From an uncultured Phycisphaerales bacterium (GTDB lineage Bacteria; Planctomycetota; Phycisphaerae; Tepidisphaerales; Tepidisphaeraceae): a DNA stretch of 64,000 nt. The translations under genes were made by a program, and so were the position numbers. Below the pieces are notes generated by a model, which worked only from the letters and a program-made list of their open reading frames with translations, had not been told where the DNA came from and made no database searches. Below, piece after piece: positions 11,241-22,147 of this stretch (position 1 is the first letter of the stretch; each line of letters begins with the position of its first letter). The stretch spans positions 256,001 through 320,000 of the forward strand of contig CAWJPJ010000008.1 in NCBI GenBank assembly GCA_963844715.1, given 5' to 3'.

Positions 11241-13124
11241 CTAAGAATGATTCGAGGGGTGGTAGGGTTGGTTATTGCGGAAGAGGGTTAGGCGGGTTTG
11301 GATTTTTTTTGCCAGGTCGGTGTTGCCTGCGGCTCGGGCCAGGTTTAAAGCGGTTTGGGCGGTGTTGACGGCGGCGGGGAATTGGCCGGTGGCGGCGAGG
11401 GCGACGGAGAGGGTGTCGGGGAAGGTGGGGTCGGCGTTGTCGGTGAGTTGGCAGACAAATTGGGCGAGGGCGACGGTGCGCGGGGGATCGCCGCCTTGGG
11501 AGGGGTCGGTGACGGCCAGGGCCCAGGCGAAATTGTTCAGGACATTGGGGGAATCGGGTTGGAGTTGCAGGGCCTGGTTCCATTGGATGATTGCGGCCTG
11601 GGGATTGCCTTGTTGCCAATAGGTTTCGGCGAGGTGCTCGTGGGCGTCGCCGTCGGCGGGGGTGATTTGTAGGGCGTGCTGGTAGTTTGCGATGGCCTGA
11701 TCGTATTTTTGTTGAGCGGAGAAGACGTTGCCTAGGCCGTCGTAGGCGTCGGTGTAGTCGGGCTTGAGTTGGATGGCTCGCTGGTAGTTTTGGATGGCTT
11801 GGTCGAGGCGGCCGTGTCCGGCGAGGGCGACGCCCAGGTTGTTGAAGGCGATCCAGGCGGTGGGGTTTTTGTTGGCGGTGTCGCGCCAGAGCGTTTCTTC
11901 GCTGGCGAAGACGTAGGTGCGGGCGCGGGTGAGGAGGCTTAGAAAAAAGACCACGGCGAGGGCGGCGGTTAGTTCGGCGTAGCGCCAGTTCGGGCTTGCG
12001 CGTCGCCAGAGATTTACGGCGGCGGCGGCGATGAGGGCGAGGAGGCCGATCTGGGCGGGGTAGAGCCATTGATCGGCGATGCGCGAGAAGGCGTGGTAGG
12101 ACTGGTGGAAGAAGCCGAGGATTGGGAAGAGCACGACGGCGAAATAGCCCAGGCCGAAGAGGAGGGGGCGGGCCCAGCGGTTGCGGTTCTGCCACAAAAC
12201 GGCGAGGCAAACGAGGGTGGCGAGGATGGGGATATAAGTTGCCGGGCGCGTGGGGCTCATGGTCCAGTTGGGATAGACCATCATGAGGTTCAGGGGGAAG
12301 AGGGTTTTGGCTATATAGAACCAGAGTGCGCGGCAGGCGATGGCGAAGCGAACGAAAAAGGATTCGGGCGGGGGCGGGGCTCCCTGTAGATGAACGAATC
12401 TTTGCTGGGCGATTGTGACGATGGCGGCGGCGAGGGAGAGGGCGAAGAAGGGGAAGGTGCGGAGAAGATCGGATCGATCGATGCGGCGGCGCCGCCACCA
12501 GGCGAGTCCTAGCAGGACGACGGGGGCGGTGACGATGGAGGTTTTGCTGAGAAGGGCGAGGGCGAAGGCGAGGAGGGCAAGGGCGTACCAAATCCAGCGT
12601 GGGCGCTGGTCGAAGATCAGATAGAAAAAAATGGCGGCGGCGCAGAAGAAGACGGAGAGGGTGTTCTTCTGCTCGCTGATCCAAGCGACGGTGGCGACGT
12701 TGACGGGATGGATTGCGAAGAGAAGGGCGGCGAGAAAGGAGCCGGGGGTTTTTAGTTTGCGGAGGACGAACCAGATGAGGAGGACATCGAGGGTGTGGAG
12801 AGCGATGTTGACGGCGTGATAGCCTGCGGGGCTGGCGCCGAAGAAGCGCCACTCGATCCACCAGGCGGAGTAGGAGACGGGCCAATAGTCTGGGGCTTCG
12901 GAGGTGAGCCAGATGCGGTGGAGGCCGTCGTCGGCGTGGATGAGGGTGCTGCCGGTGATGAGGGCGGGGTCGTCGAAGACGAAGCCGTCGTGGAGGGTGG
13001 GCCAGTAGATGAGCCAGATGATTAGGATGAGGAGGGAGCCGGTCAGGAGATCGGATTTGTGCGCGGCGGTTGTCGGAACTTGGGCGGGCGTGAAAGAGGG
13101 ACGGGCGGGGTGGATTTTCATCAA
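11241..13124 (-). CDS. TMTC-like GT-C membrane glycosyltransferase with C-terminal TPRs
   Basis: GFVFDD, YHAVNIALH, FAIHPVNVATVAWISEQK, ALLSK, multiple TM helices, TPR repeats (AFNNLGVAL, YQRAIQLKPDY). Confidence 0.85.
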   Translation of the reverse strand: MMKIHPARPSFTPAQVPTTAAHKSDLLTGSLLILIIWLIYWPTLHDGFVFDDPALITGSTLIHADDGLHRIWLTSEAPDYWPVSYSAWWIEWRFFGASPAGYHAVNIALHTLDVLLIWFVLRKLKTPGSFLAALLFAIHPVNVATVAWISEQKNTLSVFFCAAAIFFYLIFDQRPRWIWYALALLAFALALLSKTSIVTAPVVLLGLAWWRRRRIDRSDLLRTFPFFALSLAAAIVTIAQQRFVHLQGAPPPPESFFVRFAIACRALWFYIAKTLFPLNLMMVYPNWTMSPTRPATYIPILATLVCLAVLWQNRNRWARPLLFGLGYFAVVLFPILGFFHQSYHAFSRIADQWLYPAQIGLLALIAAAAVNLWRRASPNWRYAELTAALAVVFFLSLLTRARTYVFASEETLWRDTANKNPTAWIAFNNLGVALAGHGRLDQAIQNYQRAIQLKPDYTDAYDGLGNVFSAQQKYDQAIANYQHALQITPADGDAHEHLAETYWQQGNPQAAIIQWNQALQLQPDSPNVLNNFAWALAVTDPSQGGDPPRTVALAQFVCQLTDNADPTFPDTLSVALAATGQFPAAVNTAQTALNLARAAGNTDLAKKIQTRLTLFRNNQPYHPSNHS

Positions 13125-13198
13125 TATAAATACAGAGCAGTAGAGCAGTTAAGCAGTAGATCGGTCGCCGCGGCGACCTCTGTTCGCTGCGCGAACAA

Positions 13199-13287
13199 CG
13201 GAGAGGGTGGGATTCGAACCCACGAAGCGGTTTAAGCCGCTTACAGCATTTCCAGTGCTGCTCCTTCGGCCACTCGGACACCTCTCC
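13199..13287 (-). tRNA. tRNA-Ser(GGA), long variable arm, CCA not encoded
   Basis: Reverse complement GGAGAGGTGTCCGAGTGGCCGAAGGAG-CAGCA-CTGGAAA-TGCTG-TAAGCGGCTTAAACCGCTTC-GTGGGTTCGAATCCCAC-CCTCTCCG. Confidence 0.97.
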
Positions 13288-13357
13288 AAAGGATGCGATG
13301 AGGGGAATATTACAGGGGCAGGGGGGGAGTAGAAAGCGGAGGGGGAGGGGGGAGAGG

Positions 13358-13393
13358 GTGTGAAGAGTGTGAAGGGTGTGAAGAGTGTGAAGG
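13358..13393. repeat. 9-bp tandem repeat (GTGTGAAGR)x4 upstream of the tRNA
   Basis: gtgtgaaga gtgtgaagg gtgtgaaga gtgtgaagg. Confidence 0.9.
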
Positions 13394-13411
13394 GGGCGCG
13401 GGGGGGAAAAT

Positions 13412-14263
13412 TTATTGTGCGGGTTTTTGGGAGCGGATTCGTTTGGCTAGGGCGGTGGGGAGTTCGGGGTTGGAGAGGAGGTGGGCCATTTGGTCGTCGA
13501 ACCAATTCTCTAGTTCGGTTTGGGGGGAGCCCTGGTGGCCGGCGATGATTTTTCGGGCGGATTTTATCAGGTCGGGGCGCTCGGCTTTAAATTCGTCGTC
13601 GGTCATTTTGCGGGCGCGGTCGAGGAGGGCGCTGATTTTGTTGATGAGATCGGGGTGGCCCTGGGGGCCGTCGCCGAAGCAGAGGAGGACTAGCTGGGTG
13701 GTGACCCGGTCGCGGAGAGCCACGTAGTCGTCTTCGGTGGCTTTGCGGGAATCGTCGAGGGCGCTGGCGACGGTTTCGTCGGCGTCGGGGATTTCGGCGG
13801 CGTGAAGGGCGATGAATTTCACGTATTGCGTGGTGCTGAGGATTTCGCTCACGGCGGGGGCGACGGCGCGGGCGGAGTCGGAAAGAGAGAAGGCGGCTTC
13901 GGAGGGAGCGGGGTTGCCTTTGGCGCGGTCGAAATCGGCGCGGGCCTGGGTGATTAGCGTGTCGTCGCCGGCGGCGAGGGCGTTACGCAGATTCAGGAGG
14001 GCGTCTTGATAGGGCTGTGAGACGGCTGGGTCGTCGGGGGTGATATAGGTGGGGTCGGCGCAGCCTGCGGAGAGCATTTGGATTTTTCTTAGTTGGCCGG
14101 GGGTCAGGTTGAGTTCGTCGAGGGTGGTCAGGGCGGAGGATTGGAGTTGGAGCTGGGAGATGGAATCGGTTGGGGCGGTCGTGGCGTCGGCGCGGGAGTT
14201 GGTCGAGATGGTGAGGAGAGTGAGGGCAAATGCGAACGAAAGAATGAGGGGTTGGATGCGCAT
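13412..14263 (-). CDS. Hypothetical exported helical protein
   Basis: Signal peptide MRIQPLILSFAFALTLLTISTNSRA; GGAGG RBS upstream. Confidence 0.8.
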   Translation of the reverse strand: MRIQPLILSFAFALTLLTISTNSRADATTAPTDSISQLQLQSSALTTLDELNLTPGQLRKIQMLSAGCADPTYITPDDPAVSQPYQDALLNLRNALAAGDDTLITQARADFDRAKGNPAPSEAAFSLSDSARAVAPAVSEILSTTQYVKFIALHAAEIPDADETVASALDDSRKATEDDYVALRDRVTTQLVLLCFGDGPQGHPDLINKISALLDRARKMTDDEFKAERPDLIKSARKIIAGHQGSPQTELENWFDDQMAHLLSNPELPTALAKRIRSQKPAQ

Positions 14264-14421
14264 GCGAGATCCTCCGGGGTGGGGGTATTTTACTTGCTGC
14301 GATAGAGAGTGGAAAGCGGAGAGTGGGCGGGTGAATGACGAAAGGGGCGATAAATGAGTCCCTCACGCTTTCCCTCTCGCCCGCGGTCCGAAGGCAGGGA
14401 AACGATGTTTGCGTGCGACGG

Positions 14422-14993
14422 TTAGTTGGCGACCTGGGCTACGATTTGGCGATGGGCTTCGGCGGGGGGGACCTGTTCGACGTGGCCGTCCATGTAAAGG
14501 ATTTGGACGTCGACTGGGCCGATGGCGAGGTCGGGGCGCTGTTGCGCTCGGTGTTTTTTTCGTAGAGGATGATGATTTTTGGGTCTTCGCCTTCCACGTG
14601 GTCGGCACCGAGGTAAACGAAATCCGTGTGTTGGATGACCCATTGGGCCTGCTGGTCAGGAGTCAGTTGGGTGTAGTTGGAGGGGGGAGATTCGCCGTGG
14701 GGCATGGACGGGCATAAGAAATCGGTGATGGGGGTACTTTGGATTTTGAGGAGTGCGCCCAGGTCGGGGGGATAGCGACCTCTGTTGTTGTTGGCATAGG
14801 CGAGAAGAGCTTGGCCGATTTGGCGCATGTTGCTGGCGCAGTGCACGCGGTTCGCGGTTTGGGAAAATTCGCGCCAGATCATGAACGCCATTGTCAGGAT
14901 CGGGGAAAAGACGAGCAGGAGGATGATCGTGATGATGATTCGATTTTTTCCTCGGCGATTGGCGGGGCGTTGGGGAGGCGCGGGGATTGTCAT
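14422..14993 (-). CDS. DUF1559 / H-X9-DG-type planctomycete protein (frameshift near 14555)
   Basis: TM, then CASNMRQIGQALLAYANNNRGRYP, FLCPS; ILYMDGHVE in the adjacent frame. Confidence 0.8.
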
Positions 14994-15268
14994 GAGCGGA
15001 CTGGTTGGGGAATTATTCGTTGGGTCCTGTTCGTTAAAAATACCTTCGGGATGGGGGGAATGCGCGGATCGATCCGGTGGTGCGAGCACCACCTGCTTCG
15101 CGGGGAATTGAGTTTTAGTGGGTAGATAGTCGGGAGTAGAAAGACGGCCCCTCACCCGCGCTGCGCGAGAATAGTGGAACGGTGGAACAGTCGAGCAGGA
15201 GGGAAGGCTGCCCCTCACCCGGCCTCTCCCCGTGAGTACACGGGGAGAGGGGTAAGAGGGGAAGATTG

Positions 15269-17142
15269 TTATTCGACGGTGACGCTTTTGGCCAGGTTTC
15301 TGGGTTTGTCTACGTTGCAGCCTCGGGCTACGGCGGCGTGGTAGGCGAGGAGTTGCAGGGGGACAACCGTTAGCAGCGGTTGGAGGCATTCCAGGGTTGG
15401 GGGGACGTGGATGATGTGGTCGCTGTAGCGGCGCATGCTGGTGTCGCCTTCTGTGGCGACGACGATGACGTGGCCGCCGCGGGCTCGGACTTCTTCGATG
15501 TTGCTGATGACTTTTTCGTATTGGAGGCCTTTGGGGGCGACGAAGACGACGGGCATGCCTTCGTTGATGAGGGCGATGGGGCCGTGCTTCATTTCGGCGG
15601 CGGGCATGCCTTCGGCGTGGATGTAGCTGATTTCCTTGAGCTTGAGGGCGCCTTCCAGGGCGACGGGGTAGTGGTAGCCGCGGCCGAGGAAGAGCCAGTT
15701 TTCCTTGTCGCAGAATTTGAGGGCAATGTCTTTGATGGCGTCGCTCTGGTTCGAGGACGGTTTGCATCTGGGCGGGGATGGCGGTGAGGCCGTCGATGAT
15801 TTCCTGGCACTGGCTCTGGCTCATGTATTTGCGGCGGCCGAGGTAGAGGGCGAGCATGGTGAGGACGACGCACTGGCAGGTGAAGGCCTTGGTGCTGGCG
15901 ACGCCGATTTCCGGGCCGGCGTGGAGGTAGATTCCGCCGTCGACTTCGCGGGCGATGGTGCTGCCGACGGAGTTGACGACGCCGAGGCAGAGCGCGCCTT
16001 TGTCGCGGCCTTCGCGGAGGGCGGCGAGGGTGTCGGCGGTTTCGCCGCTTTGGCTGATGGCGACGAGGACGGTCCCTTCCTCGACGATGGGGTTTCGGTA
16101 GCGGAATTCGCGAGGCGTAGGTGCATTCGGTGATGACCTTGGCGAGATCTTCCATGAGATAGTCGCCGAGGAGGGCGGCGTGCCAGGCGGTGCCTTGGCC
16201 GGTGAGGATGAACCGGCGGGCGTGGAGGAGCTGGCGGGTGAATTTTGCGAGGCCGCCGAGGACGATGCGTCCTTCTTTTATTTCGGCGCGGCCACGGAGG
16301 CAGTTTTCGACGGCAACGGGCTGCTCGAAGATTTCCTTGAGCATGTAGTGCTCATAGGAGCCGAGTTCGTAGGCTTCGAGCTTGTTTTCGAGCTGGCTGT
16401 AGACGGGGTTGACGTCGGCGTCGTCGATGGTGACGGTGGTGAGGCCTGTGGGTCGGAGTACGGCCATTTCATTGTCGTTGAGATAGATGACCTGGGTGGT
16501 GTGCTCGACGATGGCGCTGGCGTCGGAGGCGGCGATGTATTCGTCCTTCCCGACGCCGACGATGAGGGGGCTGCCTTTGCGGGCGACGACGAGGGTGTCG
16601 GGTTCATCCTTGCAGATGACGGCGATGCCATAGGTGCCTTCGACCTGGCGGAGGGCGGCCTGGACGGCGCGCTGGAGGAGCGAGGCACCGGCCGGGAGGT
16701 GATTTTTGATTTTCAATTCGGCATGGATGTCGGCGATGAGGACGGCGAGGACTTCGGTGTCGGTCTGACTGGAGAAGACGTGGCCTTTTTCAGCGAGGAA
16801 TTGTTTGAGGGCGACGTAGTTTTCAATGACGCCGTTGTGGACGACGGCGATCTGGCCGGAGTCGTCGACATGGGGATGGGCGTTGCATTCGGTGGGAGCA
16901 CCGTGGGTGGCCCAGCGGGTGTGGGCCATGCCGATGTGGGCTTTGGGGAGCTTGTCGGCGTGGTTGAGGGAATTTTCGAGGACGGAGATCCTGCCGACGG
17001 CGCGGCGGATGTGGAGGTGCTGGTCGGCGTCGATGACGGCGATGCCGGCGGAGTCGTAGCCGCGATATTCCAATCGCTTAAGCCCTTCGATAAGAAGGGG
17101 TTGGGCGAGTTTTTTCCCGACATAGGCAACGATACCACACAT
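15269..17142 (-). CDS. glmS: Glutamine-fructose-6-phosphate transaminase (isomerizing), split by frameshifts
   Basis: [42 protein letters not shown]-terminal [11 protein letters not shown]. Confidence 0.96.
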
Positions 17143-17289
17143 AACAGCCTCCTGGAGACGCCGCGGTCCCTGCGGCGTCTGAAGGTTCAAGTGTATCCCG
17201 CAAAGCGCCGGCGGCAAGGCGACGGCGTGTTATGGGACGGAGCGGAATTGCGCTTGACGTTACAGAGGCGCAATAGGAATCTGTCGGTC

Positions 17290-17628
17290 ATGGGCGAATC
17301 ACTCTTCACAAAAATCATCGAGCGGAAGATTCCTGCGAAAATCGCCTATGAGGACGACAGATATATCGTCATTCATGACATCAATCCGCAAGCGCCGGTC
17401 CATGTGTTGGTGATCCCGAAGAAGCAAATTGCAACACTGAACGATCTGATGGAGGGGGACCAGGAGCTGGTCGGGGGGTTGCTCCTGGTGGCGGGTAAGG
17501 TGATGAAGGAGATGGGGCAAGAGGAGTACCGCACTGTGTTTAATTGCGGGGAACAGGCGGGGCAGACGGTTTTTCACCTGCATTTGCATGTTTTGGCGGG
17601 GCGGGTGTTTAGTTGGCCGCCGGGGTAG
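17290..17628 (+). CDS. Histidine triad (HIT) nucleotide-binding protein
   Basis: LFTKIIERKIPA, DINPQAPVHVLVIPK, GQTVFHLHLHVLAGR, WPPG end. Confidence 0.93.
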   Translation: MGESLFTKIIERKIPAKIAYEDDRYIVIHDINPQAPVHVLVIPKKQIATLNDLMEGDQELVGGLLLVAGKVMKEMGQEEYRTVFNCGEQAGQTVFHLHLHVLAGRVFSWPPG

Positions 17629-17772
17629 CCGTGCTAGAGCAGGAGGGGAGGTCGCCACGGCGACCCTTCGGCAGGCGAGCAGGTGGGCGGAGGAGCAGGT
17701 GGGCGGATTTTGTCACGCACGTCTTTGGCGGTCGTCTGATTGGCGGATACTTTCACCAACGAAGGGTTCGTC

Positions 17773-19209
17773 ATGGTCGGAACATTATTGCAGGCGGAAG
17801 ATTGCTCGGATGCGGAACTGGTGGCGCAGAGCCGGCGGGGAAGCCGGGAGGCGTTTGGGCGGATCGTGCGGCGCTATCAGGGGATGATCGCTGGGTCGGC
17901 GTATTCGGTGTGCGGGGATCTTCATGTCAGCGAAGACGTGGCGCAGGAGACATTCCTGGCGGCGTGGAAGAGCCTGTCGGGTTTGAAGGAACCGGGGAAG
18001 CTTTCGCCGTGGCTGTGCCAGATCGCGCGGCGGAAAGCGCTGGATCATCAGCGAACGACATCGCGCGGGAAGAATCGGTTGGCGCGATTGTTTCAGATGG
18101 CGCCTAGCCGGGGGACGGCGTCGACGAGGGAGGAGGCACTGAGTGAGGAAGAGCGGGAGATGCTGTGGCGGTTTTTGTCGGAGCTGCCGCAGCCCTATAG
18201 GGAGACGATGGTGCTGTATTACCGGAAGGAGCAATCGACAGGAGCGGTGGCGCTGGCGATGGAGACGACGGAAGAGACGGTTCGTCAGCGGCTGGCGCGC
18301 GGGAGGGGGATGCTGCGGGAGCAGGTGGCGGTGACGCTGGAGCGGAATTTGGTTCGGTCGGCGCCGAGCGGTGCGCTGGCGACGGCGATTATTGCGGGGC
18401 TGCCGCCGCTGGCGGGTCAGGCGGCGTCGGGGACGCTGGGGGTCGCGGCGAAGGGGACGGGGGCGCTGTCGGTGAGTTTATTCATGTGGTTCACGGTGCT
18501 GTTCGGGCCGGTGTTGGCATTTGGATGCGGGATCGGGGGGATTCGAGCGGCGATGCGAGGGGCGGCGCTCTGGGGGCAGCGGTGGTTCATCGCGGGATTC
18601 GGGGTTGCGGTGACGATTTGCGTGGGGGCGGTTTATTTCGTCTACGCATTTTCGCCGTCGTTTGTCACTCACCATGACCGGAACGGATACCGGCAGATGG
18701 GGGTCATGCTGGCGATCACGGCCCTGGGGACGGCGATCATTATCTTTGGGCGGAGCCGGTTGAAATCTTTTGGATTGAGCGCGGTGGCGGGGGCAAGTTC
18801 GGCGGCGGAATCCTGCGGGCCGAAGAAAATGTCGATCTGGCTGATTCTGGCGGTCGTGATGAGCAGCGTCATGTGGATGTTCCGGTTCGCATGGCAAGCC
18901 AACGACTGGGAATCGCTTGGATTGCTTTCGGGCGTGACGGGGCTATTGGTGCTTGGGGCGATTTATTGCTGGAGACACGGAAGTTTCATGGTTCGGCAGA
19001 CTTTCACTTTTCTGTTTGTGCCGATGGTGGCGGTGTTCACGATGCTGATGGTGGACTGGCGGATGCCGTACTGGGACAGCATCATGTTTCATCGATCAGT
19101 GCCGATTCCGATTTCGTCGAGGTCGCTGGCGCTGATGGGCGTGTTCTTCGGGTGCGTGGCAATATATGTGATTGCACTGACGGGGAAGCGGCGACGGAAT
19201 CATCCATAA
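17773..19209 (+). CDS. ECF RNA polymerase sigma factor with multi-TM C-terminal extension
   Basis: DAELV..AFGRIVRRY, EDVAQETFLAAW, WLCQIARRKALD, region 4 TVRQRLARGR, followed by several hydrophobic helices. Confidence 0.88.
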   Translation: MVGTLLQAEDCSDAELVAQSRRGSREAFGRIVRRYQGMIAGSAYSVCGDLHVSEDVAQETFLAAWKSLSGLKEPGKLSPWLCQIARRKALDHQRTTSRGKNRLARLFQMAPSRGTASTREEALSEEEREMLWRFLSELPQPYRETMVLYYRKEQSTGAVALAMETTEETVRQRLARGRGMLREQVAVTLERNLVRSAPSGALATAIIAGLPPLAGQAASGTLGVAAKGTGALSVSLFMWFTVLFGPVLAFGCGIGGIRAAMRGAALWGQRWFIAGFGVAVTICVGAVYFVYAFSPSFVTHHDRNGYRQMGVMLAITALGTAIIIFGRSRLKSFGLSAVAGASSAAESCGPKKMSIWLILAVVMSSVMWMFRFAWQANDWESLGLLSGVTGLLVLGAIYCWRHGSFMVRQTFTFLFVPMVAVFTMLMVDWRMPYWDSIMFHRSVPIPISSRSLALMGVFFGCVAIYVIALTGKRRRNHP

Positions 19210-19512
19210 AGTATAAATCGGTTGACGAATATCGACCTTCTGACAAATCGATTTCATCGCGCTCTATTGCAAATGTTGCAGTCGGGCGGGAAATGGGCGG
19301 CGGGAGAATTTGTCGCGCCGCTCACAAGGTGGGCCGCGTTGAATAGCGGCGATATTTCGGGGGAAAATGTGCGGAGGTGGTCAAATCATTATGGTGCAGG
19401 TGCGGGCGAAAATCGTTAATAATTTGTTAATTCGCGGATTTGCCTGTGATCGGACATCCCCGACATTTAGTCTTGTGGGTCGGCCTATTAGGGTAGGAGA
19501 GTCGGAGAGGGT

Positions 19513-20146
19513 ATGCGCGGGCAAATTCGGTTTGGGTTGGCCGCGACGGTGGCGGTTGTTGTGTCGTTCATGGGGTCGACCGCACGGGGTGATATTACGA
19601 ATTGGAATTTGTGGGATCCGGCGGGGGACCAGGTTGCGCTATCGCCGAGCAATTGGCAGAATGTGGAGGGCTCGGATTACAGCGTGATGCTGAGCGGGAC
19701 GGATACGGGGGCGGGCGTGGTGGACGGGAGTTTCACGACGGATTCTGATCTCGATCCGAGCCTGTTTCTGAGCAACTCGGTGGTGAACGATTCGGCGTGC
19801 GCCGTGGTCGGCGTATCAAGTGGCGGTGGTGCTGAGCAGTCCGTTTACGCTGTCGAGCATCGCGGCGACGACGCCGGCGGACTGGACGTATACGTCGGAT
19901 GCGGAAATGTTGAATGCGACCGGCCCATACGCCGGGCAGTACGAGCAGATTCTAAACTTCTCGGGTCCGGACAATGTTGCGCCGTCGGGGACATTTGCGT
20001 GGCAATATAATATTTCTTTTTCTGGGGCGGAGTCGTTTGCGTTCACGCAGGTGTTGTCGCCTACGGAGGTGCCGGAGCCGGCGAGTTTGAGTTTGCTGGC
20101 GGTGGGCGGGCTGGGGTTGCTGGGGCGACGGCGGCGATTGGCGTAA
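19513..20146 (+). CDS. PEP-CTERM sorting domain protein (frameshift near 19800)
   Basis: Signal peptide in 19513 frame; C-terminal VPEPASLSLLAVGGLGLLGRRRR. Confidence 0.85.
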
Positions 20147-20208
20147 GGGACTTGCGCGTGCGCCACGGCGACCAAGGTCGCCCGCTAAAGGGTTTGCTCG
20201 TGCGTTGA

Positions 20209-21900
20209 TTAGTGGGCGGCGGGGGTTTGTAGGGCTCGGCGGACTTCGATCAGGAGTTGGTCTACCTTGAAGGGTTTGAAGAGGACGGCCTGGAGGCCTT
20301 CCTGGCTGGCGCGGACGATGCTGTGATTGGGGTCGTAGCCGAAACCGGTCATGAGGATGACGGGCATGGCGGCATTTCGTTTGTGGGCGGCGGCGAAGAC
20401 ATCGTAGCCGCTTTTGTCGGGCATTTTGATGTCGCTGATGACCAGGTCGTAGTGGGCCTGGTTGAGATCGGCGATGGCTTCGGCGCCGTTGGCGGCGGTG
20501 GTGACCATGGCGTGATATTTGCGCAGGACGTCGCAGATGGTGTTGCGGATGTTGGGTTCGTCGTCGGCGACGAGGATGGACATGCCGCCGATGACGGGGT
20601 CGGCTTCGCCTTTGACGTCGGCGGCGCCGAGGACGGTGTTGGGTCCTTCGGCGGCCTGGCGGAGGGATTTTCGGATGATGCCGACGTTGTCGAGGATCTG
20701 CTGGAGGCGGGTGCGGAGATCGTCGTGGCCGATGTAGTCGTCCATGAGGGCGCTGGCGTCGGAGGCGATGTCGTTGAGGGGGCCGGCGGCTTCGGAGCAG
20801 ACATTGTCGGCGATTTTGTGGCTGGTGCTGACGCGCTCGACGACCATGAGATCGAGAATATTCAGGGCGACGGCGACGTAGCGGCCGAAGATTTCGGCGA
20901 ACTGGCGGTCGTCCTCGTTGAAGGCGGCGCGGTGGCGGCTTTCGATGTTGAAGATGCCGATGACTTTGTCGTGGAGGCGGAGGGGGACGGTGAGGCTGCT
21001 CTTGGCGCTTTCGAGGCCGGTGACGTAGCGGGGGTCGCGTTCGACGTCGGGGCAGATGTAGCTGCGGCCGGTGGAGGCGACGTAGCCGCTGATGCCGTGG
21101 CCTTCGGGTTCGGCGAAGAGATCGATGCAGAGGGCTTCCTGGGGGAGGCCGGCGCTGATGACGAGTCTCGAGCTTGTTGGTTTTGCGATCGAGGAGGCGG
21201 ATGGCGAAGTGATCGAAGTGCATGAGATCGCGGGTGAAGCTGATGATTTTGTCTTCGAGGAGGCTCGAGGCGCTGGCCGACGTTCATGCCGGCAGAGGGC
21301 TTCGCCTTCGAGGCGGACGAGTTCGCGGCCGGCGTTGTCGATGGCGTCGATTTTCTGCTGGAGGCGGCGCGTGCCGGTGGCGTCCCAGACGACGGCGACG
21401 ACCTGGACGACCTGCCCGCGGGGATTGATGACGGGGGAGGCGATCAACTCCATGTACTGCTGGTCTTCGATATTGAGGGCGTAGCGTTTGGAACGGCTGA
21501 AGGCGGGGGCGTCGGCGGGCTGGGGGCTGACTTGCTTGCTGAAAATATCGAAGGCTTCCTGACAGGTGCGGCGGATTTTTTCGTGAACGCGGGCGGGCCA
21601 GGCCTGCATCTTTTTGTTCATCCAGTTACAGCGGCCTTCGCCGTCGACGATGCAGACGCCTTCGCCGATGGTGTTGAGGATGAGATGGGCCTGCTGGCTG
21701 ATGAGGGCGCGTTCGAGGGGGAGGAAATCGGCGGCTTCGGAGAAGACGCCGGTGAACTGGTCGGTCTTGATGAGTTCGAGGGCTTTTTCGATGGAGCCGG
21801 TTTCGACGATGTCGCACTGCAATCGAAGGGAATCGATCGCGGCGGCGTTGACCGTGGCGGGATTAGTCAGGACTAATACTTTATTCCGCGGAACTTCCAA
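20209..21900 (-). CDS. PAS/GAF/REC signalling protein (internal compensating frameshifts)
   Basis: ILNTIGEGVCIVD PAS-like; GAF GISGYVASTG..SSLTVPL..IGIFNIES; C-terminal REC ILVADDEP..SDIKMP..KPF. Confidence 0.85.
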   Translation of the reverse strand: MEVPRNKVLVLTNPATVNAAAIDSLRLQCDIVETGSIEKALELIKTDQFTGVFSEAADFLPLERALISQQAHLILNTIGEGVCIVDGEGRCNWMNKKMQAWPARVHEKIRRTCQEAFDIFSKQVSPQPADAPAFSRSKRYALNIEDQQYMELIASPVINPRGQVVQVVAVVWDATGTRRLQQKIDAIDNAGRELVRLEGEALCRHERRPAPRASSKTKSSASPAISCTSITSPSASSIAKPTSSRLVISAGLPQEALCIDLFAEPEGHGISGYVASTGRSYICPDVERDPRYVTGLESAKSSLTVPLRLHDKVIGIFNIESRHRAAFNEDDRQFAEIFGRYVAVALNILDLMVVERVSTSHKIADNVCSEAAGPLNDIASDASALMDDYIGHDDLRTRLQQILDNVGIIRKSLRQAAEGPNTVLGAADVKGEADPVIGGMSILVADDEPNIRNTICDVLRKYHAMVTTAANGAEAIADLNQAHYDLVISDIKMPDKSGYDVFAAAHKRNAAMPVILMTGFGYDPNHSIVRASQEGLQAVLFKPFKVDQLLIEVRRALQTPAAH

Positions 21901-22147
21901 TACACCCTATCCTTAAGCGGCGGTGGTTGAAGACCTTGGATTGTAATTAACGCAACATTACTCCGCAAAACAAAAAGTCTTCACACCCCATTATTCTTCG
22001 GCCGGAAGGGTTGGGGGATCAAGGTGGCGGAAAACAAGTGTGGTTTTTCGGCGGAACGCTCTTCGATCCCCGCAGCCCCCCTCCCATCGTGCCGAAACCA
22101 GCGGAAGGGGGCAGGGGGTGCTCCCCCGGAGTACCGGTAGAGGGGAA

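Noticed and set aside
13163..13287. tRNA-Ser as a prophage or island attachment site
   Set aside because: No integrase nearby and I saw no duplicate of the tRNA 3' end; flanking genes look native
14439..15857. 472-aa ORF joining GlmS to the DUF1559-like protein
   Set aside because: Chance read-through across frameshifted glmS and a repeat-containing intergenic region
17143..17289. glmS ribozyme upstream of glmS
   Set aside because: Short divergent intergenic region with no recognisable ribozyme core
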